From NCBI GenBank assembly GCA_951406725.2, contig OX597814.1, positions 83,204,001-83,268,000 of the forward strand: DNA of 64,000 bases. The letters run 5' to 3'. Origin of the DNA: Octopus vulgaris (lineage: Eukaryota). Position 1 is the stretch's first letter; each line of letters starts with the position of its first letter. Positions 53,042-64,000 of the stretch are shown here, in pieces. A program made the translations under genes and the position numbers. The notes under the pieces are model-generated. The model was not told where the DNA came from. It worked only from the letters and a program-made list of their open reading frames with translations, and did no database searches.

Positions 53042-53229
53042 TGCAGGCCTAGCTGTTGGGGGTGTTTGTCTCCCCTTCGTAAATATATAAGGACACAGGA
53101 AATGTGTCAAAGCCGACAGGAAGCATCGATGCTTCCTAGTGCTAAATAGCAGTGGTGTAATTCCCTTTACGGGACTGTCACATTAAGTTGACAGTATACA
53201 ACTTAGTAATAGTTTTTCTTTTTAGTCTA

Positions 53230-53950
53230 TACCTCATCACTCATGAATGTCAACTCCAATTTGAGGACATGCCTCCTTCCAGGCTGTGCAAGGTGACATT
53301 GTGCATGCCAACTCTGAGACAGTTCATAGTCCAGTGTCGTGCATAAGTTCATGGAAATATATCATGCAGGACTAACCACTATACTTGAATGTCTCTACAG
53401 GGGTGTCAAAAAAAGTGTAGTGATGAAAACAGTGGTCTGTGAATTTTAGCTATCTTTATTTGATTGTGTAGCTGATGGGTAGTAAAAATCCATATAGTGA
53501 CTTGTTTGATATAGGGTGACATAAGAGATGTTAAATGCCTTGCACAAAAGTCAAATATATGTGTCATCTAGTGATCGCTGTTGGGCCACTGTAAGAGATC
53601 AGCATTCAGAACCTTAGAGAGGAGCAGATTCTGCTGCAGCACAAAACATAGATTTAGGTCATGCAAATATTAGCAGAAATTGGCAATTGACTCAATGAGT
53701 CCCAACAAAAGTGTAAGAACAGCCTCACCAGCATTTTCACCAATATTTATGGCCTTTGTCTTTGAGCAGTTTATTGAGAGACCAACTTCGATGGCAGCTG
53801 ACTCAAGGTTTGTGAGGAGAATTTGAGCATTTGTGACTGCATGTGAGAAGAGTGTGATGTCACCTGCAAAGTCATGGTTGGTGAGGTATGGTGCTGGATG
53901 ACATGAGTCTTGGCAGGCATGGAGAATGCCTAGTTTTCTTGGATCAATTT
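53230..53950 (-). pseudogene. Old RTE LINE RT/C-terminal remnant
   Basis: Minus translation HPAPYLTNHDFAGDITLFSHAVTNAQILLTNLESAAIEVGL (DLDFADDI-like), then GSEC*SLTVAQQRSLDDTY and SNKSLYG. Confidence 0.75.
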
Positions 53951-56900
53951 AATGTAAAATTCGAGAACCAAATAACAGATAAATCTGTTCACTACATTAC
54001 TTTACCACTCATTACATAGTTAGATTGCCCATCTGTGTGTGAATTGGGGAATACATGTATGCAAACACATGCACATGACCACATTTACAAGCTTTTATAA
54101 ATATCTTTATACATATGTGATTGAATTAATAGTCTAAATCCTTACTATGCTATAGTTTGTGAAGTGTTAGTTACTCCCAAGTATTGTTATTGCTATCATT
54201 AATTGTCAGTGCTAAGTAATTTAAATAATCTCTCTCTCTCTCTCTCATCAGTAATCTATATCCAGATTATTCCAACAACAATGCTGTCTACAACTGAGTT
54301 ACAAATTATCTATTAAAGAATAGCATAAGCATATCTTCTATTGCTTCAGGCATCATCATTAACATGATACTGTGTTTCTATATGCCTCATTTCTACGTAT
54401 GGAATAAAATTTTCCGTTCTGTTGCTGTAATTGCTAATTGATACTAACACACATTTTTTTTTTACATTTACTTGTTTGAATTTTTCCCTTTTTATACTGT
54501 TGTGTCTTCTGTATTTTCAACCTTCATCATTCAAAGATAAACTGCAACTCAAAATTAGGGGCTTAATGGAAAGAAAAAATGTTCACTGCTTAACTGTCAT
54601 GCCTGTTGGTTTATATAGCACTGAATTCATTTCTTACTCATCAGTCAAGGGAGCAAAATTATGTGAGGAGTGATAAAATAATTAAACTGCATTTGGTGTT
54701 ACATGCCTATATTTTTAAAGGCTTTTATTATTATTATTATTTAAGTGAGAAGTACGGTTAAATTGCCAAAAGACTGGCTATTCATATTCTATTGTTGACA
54801 CTATCTCATGTCCAAAGTTAAGACAGTTCTCAATATTAATTGTGAGTATGGCATGGCCATGCGTTTAAGTATTTCTTTTGAAACTACATGGCCCAATGCC
54901 ACTTCATAGCACCTTGGGAAAATGTCCTCTAACATAGCCTCATATCAACCAATATCTCATGAACAGAATTTTGTACATGGAAACTGTGTACAAGTTTATT
55001 GTATATATGTGTATGTTTGTGTGTATTTATGTGAATATGCGTTCATATTTGTTTATATGTAAACAACAGTGAAAAAAAAAAACTGTTGCTCTTTGTAGAA
55101 AATCGGTTGTGATGTTTGTTCTGCACCAAGGTATGGGCCCTCCCTTGTTATTCTTATTGCCTGAAATGCAATGAACCAGTGATTCAAACATGTAAACAAT
55201 GAATCTATTGTTAACCATTTGTGATTTATAAGAGGCAGGCAAGAGCAATAAAGTGGAATTGGTGATAATTTCACAGGCTTTTAATACTGAGCTTGGTTCT
55301 TGTCACAAGAATATTTACATGTAATAGATCAGTAACCTATTGTGTCTGTCATCTACTTAACATCAGGGTTACTAGAACTGAAATCTTGTTTTATGATGTC
55401 TGATTCAAAAAGGATTAACTTCATTTTACTGGCACCCTACTTTGTGGTATAACCATCAGTAGGCTTGTTACATATTGTTGCTGTCCAGGGTAGCCCTTAT
55501 CCAACAGGATTATAGCCAAAGGTGTTCCAGCTTTAACCCATCTTTATCCCTTTAACTATAGTATATAAGGACACAATATTCAATGTATCCTTTCTGTTTA
55601 TAAAATCATAAGGTGCTATTTGGGAGAAATTTGGCTTCTATGATATGTTGACTTCATATTTTGTAATTAGAATCTGGCTGATCGGGTTGCTCGACAAAAA
55701 CATTCACTATTTTGATTGTCATTCAGCAAATCTTCAGAACATCAAATACTTCAATATCAAATACTTTAGTTACATCATTTGTCTGATTTTAGTCAGTGTA
55801 TAATAAAATTTTCATTCTTGGTGTGTTTGATTTGGATTTACTGTGTAAATCATTTAGTACTTAGTTATAAGAATTATGAATAGTAATCCTCATAACTCTG
55901 TATTGCAAGAGTTATAGCTAACTGAGCAATTAACATCCCAAAGGCCTGATATTGTCATATCCAATCTCTACAGCTGCATTATGTCTACAACAAAAACATT
56001 TATTTCCATGCTCTAACTATAGAAAAGAGAGATGAGGAGAGAAAGAGTGGGAGAGAAAGCATAATGAGAAGATAATTTTGTGCTCTGTATAATTAATTAT
56101 AATTAGTATAATTGTTTTCCGGACAATTGGTTTAATATTATTAATGGGATAATTATCAATTAATTAATACAATATGGTGTGAGGGCACATAAGTTTTGAT
56201 CTTTAAAGGAGAAAAATAAAGTTTTTTTGTAAAGATATTTAAATTAAAATTTTAAGAAAGCTTTGAGATTTCAAGGCCTATTATAGATATATGAATCTAA
56301 ATTCTGTACAAGGTGCACTATATAATTATATCATTAGATTGTTGTTCTTAGTTCAAGTTCTATGCACTGTCTGCGTTACATTTCATTCAGTTAGCTGTGT
56401 CTATGACATAGGTTTTCTCAAGCAGAGTTGACCATAGCTATCTTTTAGCAATACCTACACTGACAACAGGCATCATTACGTATCTCTCATTTTCTCAACA
56501 TCCTGGAAACTGATCATATGTTCCAGTACATAATCACTTTTTATCCAAATAGCATCTCATAAAAGGATATGATGATATAAAAATATCATTTCATATCTCA
56601 TCTTTAAAAGAATATCACTATTTTAGTGCATCTTCATATGATCTGACTTCAAATATATTTATATATCCAACTTGTAATACTCAATCTCCAAGCCTCAGTT
56701 AGCTCCTTATATTTCTTACCATGTTTCACTGATATACAGATCTATGACTAACATTTGGTAAATAAACACCAACATTATCTTTTTGATAGGTACTATTTGA
56801 ACTTCTATACATATTTCGAAGAAAATCACTTGTGATTTTTTATCAGTTCTTAGATTTAGCCTGCAACTCCTATAGATTTGTCATAGAATAGATTTGCTTT

Positions 56901-57159
56901 GCTTGGAGTTCTGCTACCATTTCTCAGCTGTAGCCCATTTCTCTTCCCTTGATGTCACTAATGTCCATAAAGAAGATATTAACATCAAATAATTTCCTTT
57001 TCCACTCCCATTTAAATCTAAGATTTTGCACCTGTGAAATTAATTGATATTGATACAGTCCTAACACAATACAAGGAACCTAAGGAATTTCACTGGAAAT
57101 CAATGATTAAGACTGAAGGTAATTTACTGAAAACAATTTTGTGCTGTCCAAATGCTCAT

Positions 57160-57191
<32 letters not shown>

Positions 57192-57540
57192 TAAATTACT
57201 TCATTTCTAACATAGACCCAAGGCTTGAAATTTTGTGAGAACAATTGTTCACGTAGGTCACACAGAATTTGTTGAGGTGGATTTTCTATGACTAGATGCT
57301 CTTACTGTTGCCAACCCTCACCTGCTTCCAAGTAAGGTAATATTTCTTCATGGCCAGAAATGCTTTCACAAAATATTGGAAATGAAGGACACTAATAGCA
57401 GTAACATTCATTTACAACTATCATGTGATGCCAAAGCAAGGAGACACAGCCAAACACTCACACTTACATGTGTGTATGTGTGTGTTCTACAGGAATTCTT
57501 TAACACAGAATCGCTGTGAAGACAGCTTAGAAAATTGAGG

Positions 57541-57614
57541 GGTCTCTTAGCTTAATGGTATAGAGCACTCAGCCGAAATTTGAGAGGTACAGGATTTGAT
57601 TCTCGTAGAGGGTT
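57541..57614 (+). pseudogene. Degenerate tRNA-like sequence (GAA in the anticodon position); pseudogene or SINE head
   Basis: GGTCTCT-TA-GCTT-AATGGTATA-GAGC-A-CTCAG-CCGAAAT-TTGAG-AGGT...TTTGATT-CTCGT-AGAGGGT; D and anticodon stems pair, T stem and acceptor are damaged. Confidence 0.45.
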
Positions 57615-57645
57615 GCTGGCCTCTTTCTTTCCATCTCTCTCTCCC

Positions 57646-57687
<42 letters not shown>

Positions 57688-57689
57688 CG

Positions 57690-58133
57690 AGTAACCATAT
57701 ACCTTCTCTATAGCAAGACGCCTGTTTTTGCCTCCCTGTCACACTTTAACCTTTCATCATCTGACACAAGATCACTTCCTTTAATACCCCTTCCCCTTTC
57801 AAAAGTTCCTTGTCTTGCAAGTTACTTAATGACGCCGTCGGTACTGGTACCACATAAAAAACATCCAGTCCACACTGTGAAATGGTTGGCATTTGGAAGG
57901 GCATCCAGCTGTAAAAACCATACCAAAACTGACCTCACCCATGCTGGTGCCACATAAAAAACATTCGGTCTACTCTGTTGAGTGGTTGGTGTTAGGAAGG
58001 GCATCCAGCTGTAAAAATGATGCCAAAACAGACACAGTAGCCTGATGTAGTTTTTCATCTGGCTGGCTCCTGTCAAACCATCCAACCCATGCCAGCATGG
58101 AAGGCAGACATTAAACAATGAAGATGATGATGA
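57690..58133 (+). mobile_element. RTE LINE 3' UTR with an internal ~110-bp duplication and (GAT)n tail
   Basis: CCACATAAAAAACAT...GGTTGG...GGAAGGGCATCCAGCTGTAAAAA occurs twice; canonical tail follows. Confidence 0.75.
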
Positions 58134-58889
58134 TATATATATAACGAGCTTCTTTCAGTTTCTATATTTTATCAAACTCCAGAAAGAAGAAAGGTAAAGT
58201 TGACCATGGCTAAGTTTTGAAGCTAGAATATAAAAAGCCAGAAGAAATATCATAAGCGTTTAAAATTTTGTTTGATATTTTAATGATTTTGTCAGTCCAC
58301 TGCTAAAAGCTATTAAATAATTTAGGTCAACAGAAGCAACCAGAAATTAATATTTAAGCAATAGAATTCTTAAATCTAGAACTGAATACTGAATTTAAGA
58401 GTATGGTATTTCCATGTCAAGGATTAAATACATGAATTCAAAATATTGGTCAAATGCTTCTTCATTTAATTATCTAGTTGTTTCTAGTGGTTCATAATCA
58501 TTTAGAAATGCTTAATTTCTGTCCCGTAATACTATATCACTCCCAATTATATTGATTTAAGGCAACTGATCAACTCAGTATTTCAGCAGTTTAATTGGCT
58601 ATTACAAAGCCACAGGCTATTACAAAATCACCAGTAGTAATAGTAACAGTGCCAATGAGTTGGTGAGGAAGCAGTTGTACAAGTTCTCAATTTGCTAGTA
58701 ATAGCAGCTACATTTCCTCAACCCACACTCTTCTGTCATAGAATATGTAATTATTGGGTGACATAGTCCTAAATCTTAAATATACAGAAATTTGGAGTGG
58801 CCATGGCTGGAATGTTTTTGTTCATAGGTTTGCTCAATCAGAGTTGGCCTGGTTCTGAACAATAACAAGATGACTTCTAATGGTCTGTT

Positions 58890-59172
58890 TCAGTAACCTG
58901 CTATAGTACAAGAGCATAAACACACCAACACCGGTTGTCAAGTGGTGGTGGGGAACAAACATAAACGCAAAGATGTGCGTGCACACACTCACACAAACAC
59001 ACACACACACAACAGGCTTCTTTCAGTTTTCACCTACGAAATCCACTCACAAGGCTTTGGTCAGCCTGAGGCTGTAGTCAAAGGCACATTCCTAAGGTGC
59101 TATGCAGTGGGACTGAACCCGGAACCATGTAGCTGGGAAGCAAGTTTCTTTATCACACAGCCAGGCCTGCAC
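58890..59172 (-). mobile_element. SINE family A, directly downstream of tRNA-Glu copy 1
   Basis: Reverse complement of the family A head and body. Confidence 0.75.
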
Positions 59173-59188
59173 TTAAAAGAAAGGTGCA

Positions 59189-59260
59189 TTCCCATGCCAG
59201 GAATTGAACCTGGGCAGACTGGGTGAAAGCCAGGAATCCTAACCTCTAGACCACATGGGA
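59189..59260 (-). tRNA. tRNA-Glu(TTC), near-intact (gene or recent pseudogene)
   Basis: TCCCATGTGGTCTAGAGGTTAGGATTCCTGGCTTTCACCCAGTCTGCCCAGGTTCAATTCCTGGCATGGGAA: acceptor and T stems fully paired, one anticodon-stem mismatch, followed by a TTTCTTTT terminator-like tract. Confidence 0.8.
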
Positions 59261-60199
59261 AAGCTAAAAATGTTTTAGCATTCCCATGTAATTTCTTGCC
59301 ACCACAAAACCACTTATAGTAAACATGGTAGTAGTCTCTTTGTAGTTGGTTGACATGCTAGAAACAGCAGCAAAATCTCCCAAAAATCATACTGTAACCA
59401 CCTTAAAAAATTGAAGGACACATTGGCTAATATAGCCTTAGATAGCCCTAAAAAGACATAAGACAGGAATATCTTTGATTATATTGTTCCTGTCTGCACA
59501 ATTAAGATTGACTTAGGGTTGAACAACAACAGCAAAAACATTGATTTATTTATATTGACATGAAAAACCAAATACATAGAGAATTAGTAAGAAGGTTTGA
59601 TAGAATGCCTTTCCAAAGAGCACTGGTGCTGGAATAAATATTTTTATGTAACCTACAATGTGAGGTTATAATTGAAGGACATTGCTCAACAACTGAGATT
59701 GACTGTCTATACTTGAATGACTGTCATGATCAACATTGAGACATTATTGATTATTTTGAATGAGAGTCAACCAATTAAAAATCTAGTCTTTTCTGAAAGA
59801 AGTTGAGCATTCTCTAAATTTTCCTCTTCATCTCTTTTGTGTTTCTCACAACCTAATTATGTTTTTCATTTGATTTACATTAAAAAGCTTAGTATAGAGA
59901 TAACAGTGCTGGATTGTATAGTTTACTGTATTCTACTTCTCTACATTATTTGTTCTAATTTATGCAACACTATTCTCTCCAGACATGATGGCAACATAAA
60001 AGTGCTTGACCACACAGTAGTCGTCTGTAATGTTTTCCTGGTTTTATTTAAAAGACAAATCCAATTTTTCATATGAATCTATTAGTTGTGCACAAAAGTG
60101 TCTGCGGAAGTTTGACTCTGGTCAGTGAAACCATAGGTAATGATAACCAGAAAGAGACAGGGATGCAGCAACTAGCATTTCTTTCAACATTAAACTCTT

Positions 60200-60596
60200 G
60201 TTCTCTTCTATTTTATATCTTTTACTTGTTACAGTCATTATACTGTGGCCACAATAGGGTACCACCTTGAAGGATTTTTAGTTGAATGGATCAGCCCAAC
60301 ACCTTTTTTTTAAGCTTGGTACTTATTTTATTGGTCTCTTTTATTAAACTAGTAAGCTACAGGGATGTAAACACACCAACATTGGTTGTCAAATGGTAGT
60401 GGGGAACAAATACACACAGACACACACCCACACACACAGAACAGGTTTCTTTCAGTTTCCATCCACCAAATCCACTCACAAGCCTTCGGTCAGTCTGAAG
60501 ATATAGTCAGACATGCAAGGTGTCACGCAGTAGGAGTGAACGCAGAACCATCTGGTTGGGAAGCAAGCCTCTTACCACACAGCCATGACTATGCCT
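60200..60596 (-). mobile_element. SINE family A (full length), directly downstream of tRNA-Glu copy 2
   Basis: Reverse complement of family A including the 3' tail. Confidence 0.75.
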
Positions 60597-60610
60597 AAAA
60601 GAAAGACACA

Positions 60611-60682
60611 TTTCCATGCCAGGAATTGAACCCGGGCCTCCTGGATGAAAGCAAGGAATCCTAACCACTAGACCACAAGGGA
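60611..60682 (-). pseudogene. tRNA-Glu(TTC) pseudogene
   Basis: TCCCTTGTGGTCTAGTGGTTAGGATTCCTTGCTTTCATCCAGGAGGCCCGGGTTCAATTCCTGGCATGGAAA: two acceptor-stem mismatches and one anticodon-stem mismatch. Confidence 0.78.
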
Positions 60683-60865
60683 AAACTAAAAATGTTTTAG
60701 CTTTCTCATGTAATTTCTTACCACAACAAAACCACCAATGGTAAACATTGTAGTAGTCTCCTTTTATTCCTTTCTTCTACCACTACTACAACACAAGAAA
60801 TAGTCTCGTTTTTTAAACGCTGGTCTTTACTGTTTTCTTTGACAATCAACAATAAGTTATTTTAA

Positions 60866-61088
60866 CCCTTTAGCATTTAAACTGGTCATATCTAGCTCAA
60901 ATATTTTACCCGTTTTAGGTTCAGACTATCAAGATCTGGCCTCTTACACCTATCTTACAATGTCATTAAAAAAAAATGAAACAATTACTTCATCACAATC
61001 TTGGAACTATGAGATAATGCATAATTAATTCAGAACAATGTGAATAAATAATCGTTATATTTGATAGAGTAATCTGAAGGATAAAGAG
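60866..61088. mobile_element. piggyBac-like MITE (degenerate)
   Basis: Left end TTAA-CCCTTTAGCATT; right end AAGGATAAAGAG-TGAA is a decayed AATGCTAAAGGG-TTAA. Confidence 0.55.
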
Positions 61089-61734
61089 TGAATGAGTATG
61101 TAACTAACAAGTATGCTCATCTAGAATAGGTGCAAGCATGGCTATGTATGTATAAGATTTGCTTCTCAACCATATGGTTTGGAGTTTAGTTCTATTGCAA
61201 AGCACCTTGGGCTAACGTTTTCTACTGGAGCCTAAGGCTGACTAAAACATTGTGGATGTATTTGATGGATGGAAACTAAAAGGATTCTATTGTATATGCT
61301 TGAGTGTGTGTGTGTGTGGGGGGGGGGGGGTTGCACATGTATGCATATATCACTTTGTCTTGACATCACAGAATATTTATAAAGCATCACTTTCCTACAA
61401 GCAGAGTCACTCATTTTCAATTTTCTGTGAAAAAGTGTCCAGCCATGGGGAAAATATTACCTTGCTTAGAAAACAGATGAAGGTTTCCTAGTGGAAGAGC
61501 ATTGAATTGTAGAAAACCTGCTTTGAAGAATTCTGTCTGACTGTTACAACCTTAGAAATGTCGACATTAAAAAGATAATAATGGTGGTGGTGGTGGTGGT
61601 GATGATGGTGAAAATGCTCAGTCTCTGTTCTAATTGCGCAGCAACTCCAGTATTAATAAAACTGGTATAATTGTTCTGCTATTTTGAATTTTTTACCGAT
61701 GCAACCTTGACTTGCTACATTTTCATTATACATA

Positions 61735-61925
61735 AGGTGGCAAGCAGACAGAATCGTTACCATTACAGAGAAAATGCTTAGTGGCAATTCTTTGGCATTA
61801 TGTTATTAAGTTCAAATGCCACCAAGACTGACTTTGCTATTCATTCTTTTGGGAGTCAATAAAATAAGTACCAGTTGAACACTGGAGTCAATGTAATTGA
61901 ATTACCCCTTCCCTAAATTTGAAAC
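61735..61925 (+). mobile_element. SINE family B copy (diverged)
   Basis: AGGTGGCAAGCAGACAGAATCGTTA...GACTTTGC...AATAAGTACCAGTTGAACACTGG. Confidence 0.65.
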
Positions 61926-62750
61926 TAATATACTTTGGCTATACGTGATTTTGTCCCTAGTAGTCTGTCTGCCAAAGTGTATAAAGGAATATAATATTTA
62001 TCCCAATAGAAATGAAGTCGATATTAACTTCAGAGATGTTAGCCAAACTGCAGAGAGGGAAGAAGTACAAAAAAGACTTCTGATTATTTAATCTTACAAT
62101 ATTCATACCACAGTCTAAATATTCACTGTATCTATAATAATTTATTCTGCTGGAACTGACATAGAAGCCATCACCTGCAGATAAGACATTGTACTCACTC
62201 ACTAACTTTATATGTTAGAATTGAGTAGTAATTTCTTTCTTATATGATGTATTAGAATCTTATAAGTCCATTACATTACCTATTTGGTAATGTCACCTCT
62301 TATTACAAAAAGCCTATAACGTATATAGATCTTTTCTATTCTTAATTACAAGGAAGTGTGTAGAACTTGCGCGCAGGAGAATTGTGTGTATGTATGTGTG
62401 TGTTTTGATTTGGTGTAGGCGTATGGAAGTCCAGCCAGCACGAAAGAAAATAATTTCTGATATAAGGGAAATAACTCATGATTATTTTCTTTTATGGTAT
62501 GTAAGAGTGACGTCCCATGTAACATTTTGGATTACATGTGTATCTCTTGTTTATCATCACGTTTATCCGATTAAATTAAGCCAGATGCTAGTTTGAGTCA
62601 CCTATTTAGAGGTGTTTGAAATTAAGGATTAAATATATTTTAGTGAAGATGTTGCAAGTAATAGAAATTATAAAGGATAGTTTGGTGTTTTATCGGGAGA
62701 AAAATAGAGACAGTGTAGTATGGTGTCATTACAGAGTAGAAATTAAGTTT

Positions 62751-63050
62751 AATAATAATAATGATGAAATTATTGTATACAGTGCTCAGGTGCACAACAA
62801 CTTGTCAAAAGTGCGTATAAAGCATATGCAGTAATGAACAAATGTCTGGAAGGTGAACAGTGTATGAGTCAGATACATGCTTACGTGTGTATGGAGGGGA
62901 GAAAATCAGGTGTAGTGTAGGCGAATCTCAAGAAGTTTTGAAGGATGCAGTGCTCCGATAACTAACAACTGATGCCGGCAGTTTGTTCCATACTTCAGCA
63001 ACTCTTAGCGTGAAAAAATGTTTCCGAAAGTCATGGGAGCTGTGCTGTTT
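62751..63050 (-). mobile_element. CR1-clade LINE 3' end
   Basis: Minus translation KQHSSHDFRKHFFTLRVAEVWNKLPASVVSYRSTASFKT (CR1 FF..RV...WN.LP motif), followed by 3' UTR and (ATT)n tail. Confidence 0.85.
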
Positions 63051-63054
63051 AGTG

Positions 63055-63200
63055 ATTTCACATTTTGGCTCAAGGCCAGCCATTTTGAGGGAAGGGGGTT
63101 AGTTGCTTACATCGACCCCAGTGCTAAACTAGTACTTATTTTATCGACCTTAAAAGGATGAAAGGCAAAGTCGACCTCAGCGGAATTTAAACTCACAACA
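63055..63200 (-). mobile_element. SINE family B fragment
   Basis: GTACTTATTTTATCGACCTTAAAAGGATGAAAGGCAAAGTCGACCTCAGCGGAATTTAAACTC. Confidence 0.7.
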
Positions 63201-64000
63201 TAGGCTGGGACAAAATTCCAGATATGTGGGGATGGGGTTCATTTGTATCAACAAAACTCTTCACCTCAGAATTGCTGGCCTTGTGCCTAAATTAGAAACA
63301 ATTATTTCATATATGAAAATGTAGGGGAAAGTTGGGTGGAATAAAAACCCAGTATTTTAGCTGTTTGAAGTTAAGGCACTAGTCCGTTCTTAAAACATAA
63401 GACACTTTTAGGATTCTTGTTCATAGTTTCTTGATTGAAGAAGTCTGAAAGATTTTTTATATGAAGTTGATTAAATTCATTCCAGAATTTAGCTTTTATT
63501 TACATTATCAATTCCTGCATGATTAAAAAGGTTTGGCCGAATGATATATTTGCAGGTACCACTGCAAACATAAAAACCTGCTAGAAGTATAAAGAAACAG
63601 GCTGAGCCATGTAATTAAAAAGTCTGATTTGGTGTGGAATTCACCTACACACCACTTTAAATATCTTTAAGTATCTACCAAGCCTTGTGAAATAAATTAG
63701 GTAGAAAAAAACTGGAAGAACATCAGATGGACTGTGCAGTAGGGTACAGAATTTGGCCATTGCTCAATTTAATCACAACCTAGCTTTGGGTATTTTACTA
63801 AAGTCCATTCTGTTGCATGCATTTGGACTAATCCTTTCGCATCTTTCTGCTGCCAGAGTCAAAATTTGTGCAAAAACACATCATGGGTACTTACCTAATT
63901 TTTTTGACTAAGCCATAAAAAATAATGAATGAAAATCTTTATAGTAATATCCCATTGAGAATAGGTGTACATATGTACAGGCACACACACCAGCATACAT

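Larger units (their letters stand above)
52688..53202. mobile_element. Inverted-duplicated non-coding element carrying two hammerhead ribozymes (retrozyme/PLE-like)
   Basis: 213-bp arms 52688-52900 and 52990-53202 with about 10 mismatches by eye and an 89-bp spacer; each arm contains an intact hammerhead core. Confidence 0.85.

Noticed and set aside
63857-63886. 30-nt in-frame exon candidate after ACTAAT...CTGCTGCCAG
   Set aside because: Donor GTACTT is weak and there is no other support from the sequence alone.

Overview
AT-rich, microsatellite-rich animal genomic DNA (intronic or intergenic). The SINE and RTE-LINE repeat families look like those of Octopus (coleoid cephalopod); this assignment is inference from repeat recognition. 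No host protein-coding exon is convincingly identified, and most ORFs in the track are translations of (TA)n/(TG)n microsatellites or repeats. The real content is decayed mobile DNA: RTE and CR1 LINE fragments, three tRNA-derived SINE families, four mariner copies, one DD37D/maT fragment, hAT and piggyBac MITEs, a solo LTR with a 4-bp TSD, and a 5'-truncated Penelope-like element (RT + GIY-YIG) whose pseudo-LTR carries a minimal hammerhead ribozyme. There are also two duplicated tRNA-Glu(TTC) copies. The most interesting object is a non-coding ~515-bp inverted-duplicated element at 52688-53202. It has an intact type I hammerhead on each strand, and the plus-strand one sits in a long G-U-containing rod followed by several hairpins, making it a candidate retrozyme-like structured RNA element. 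All coordinates and pairings were read by eye.
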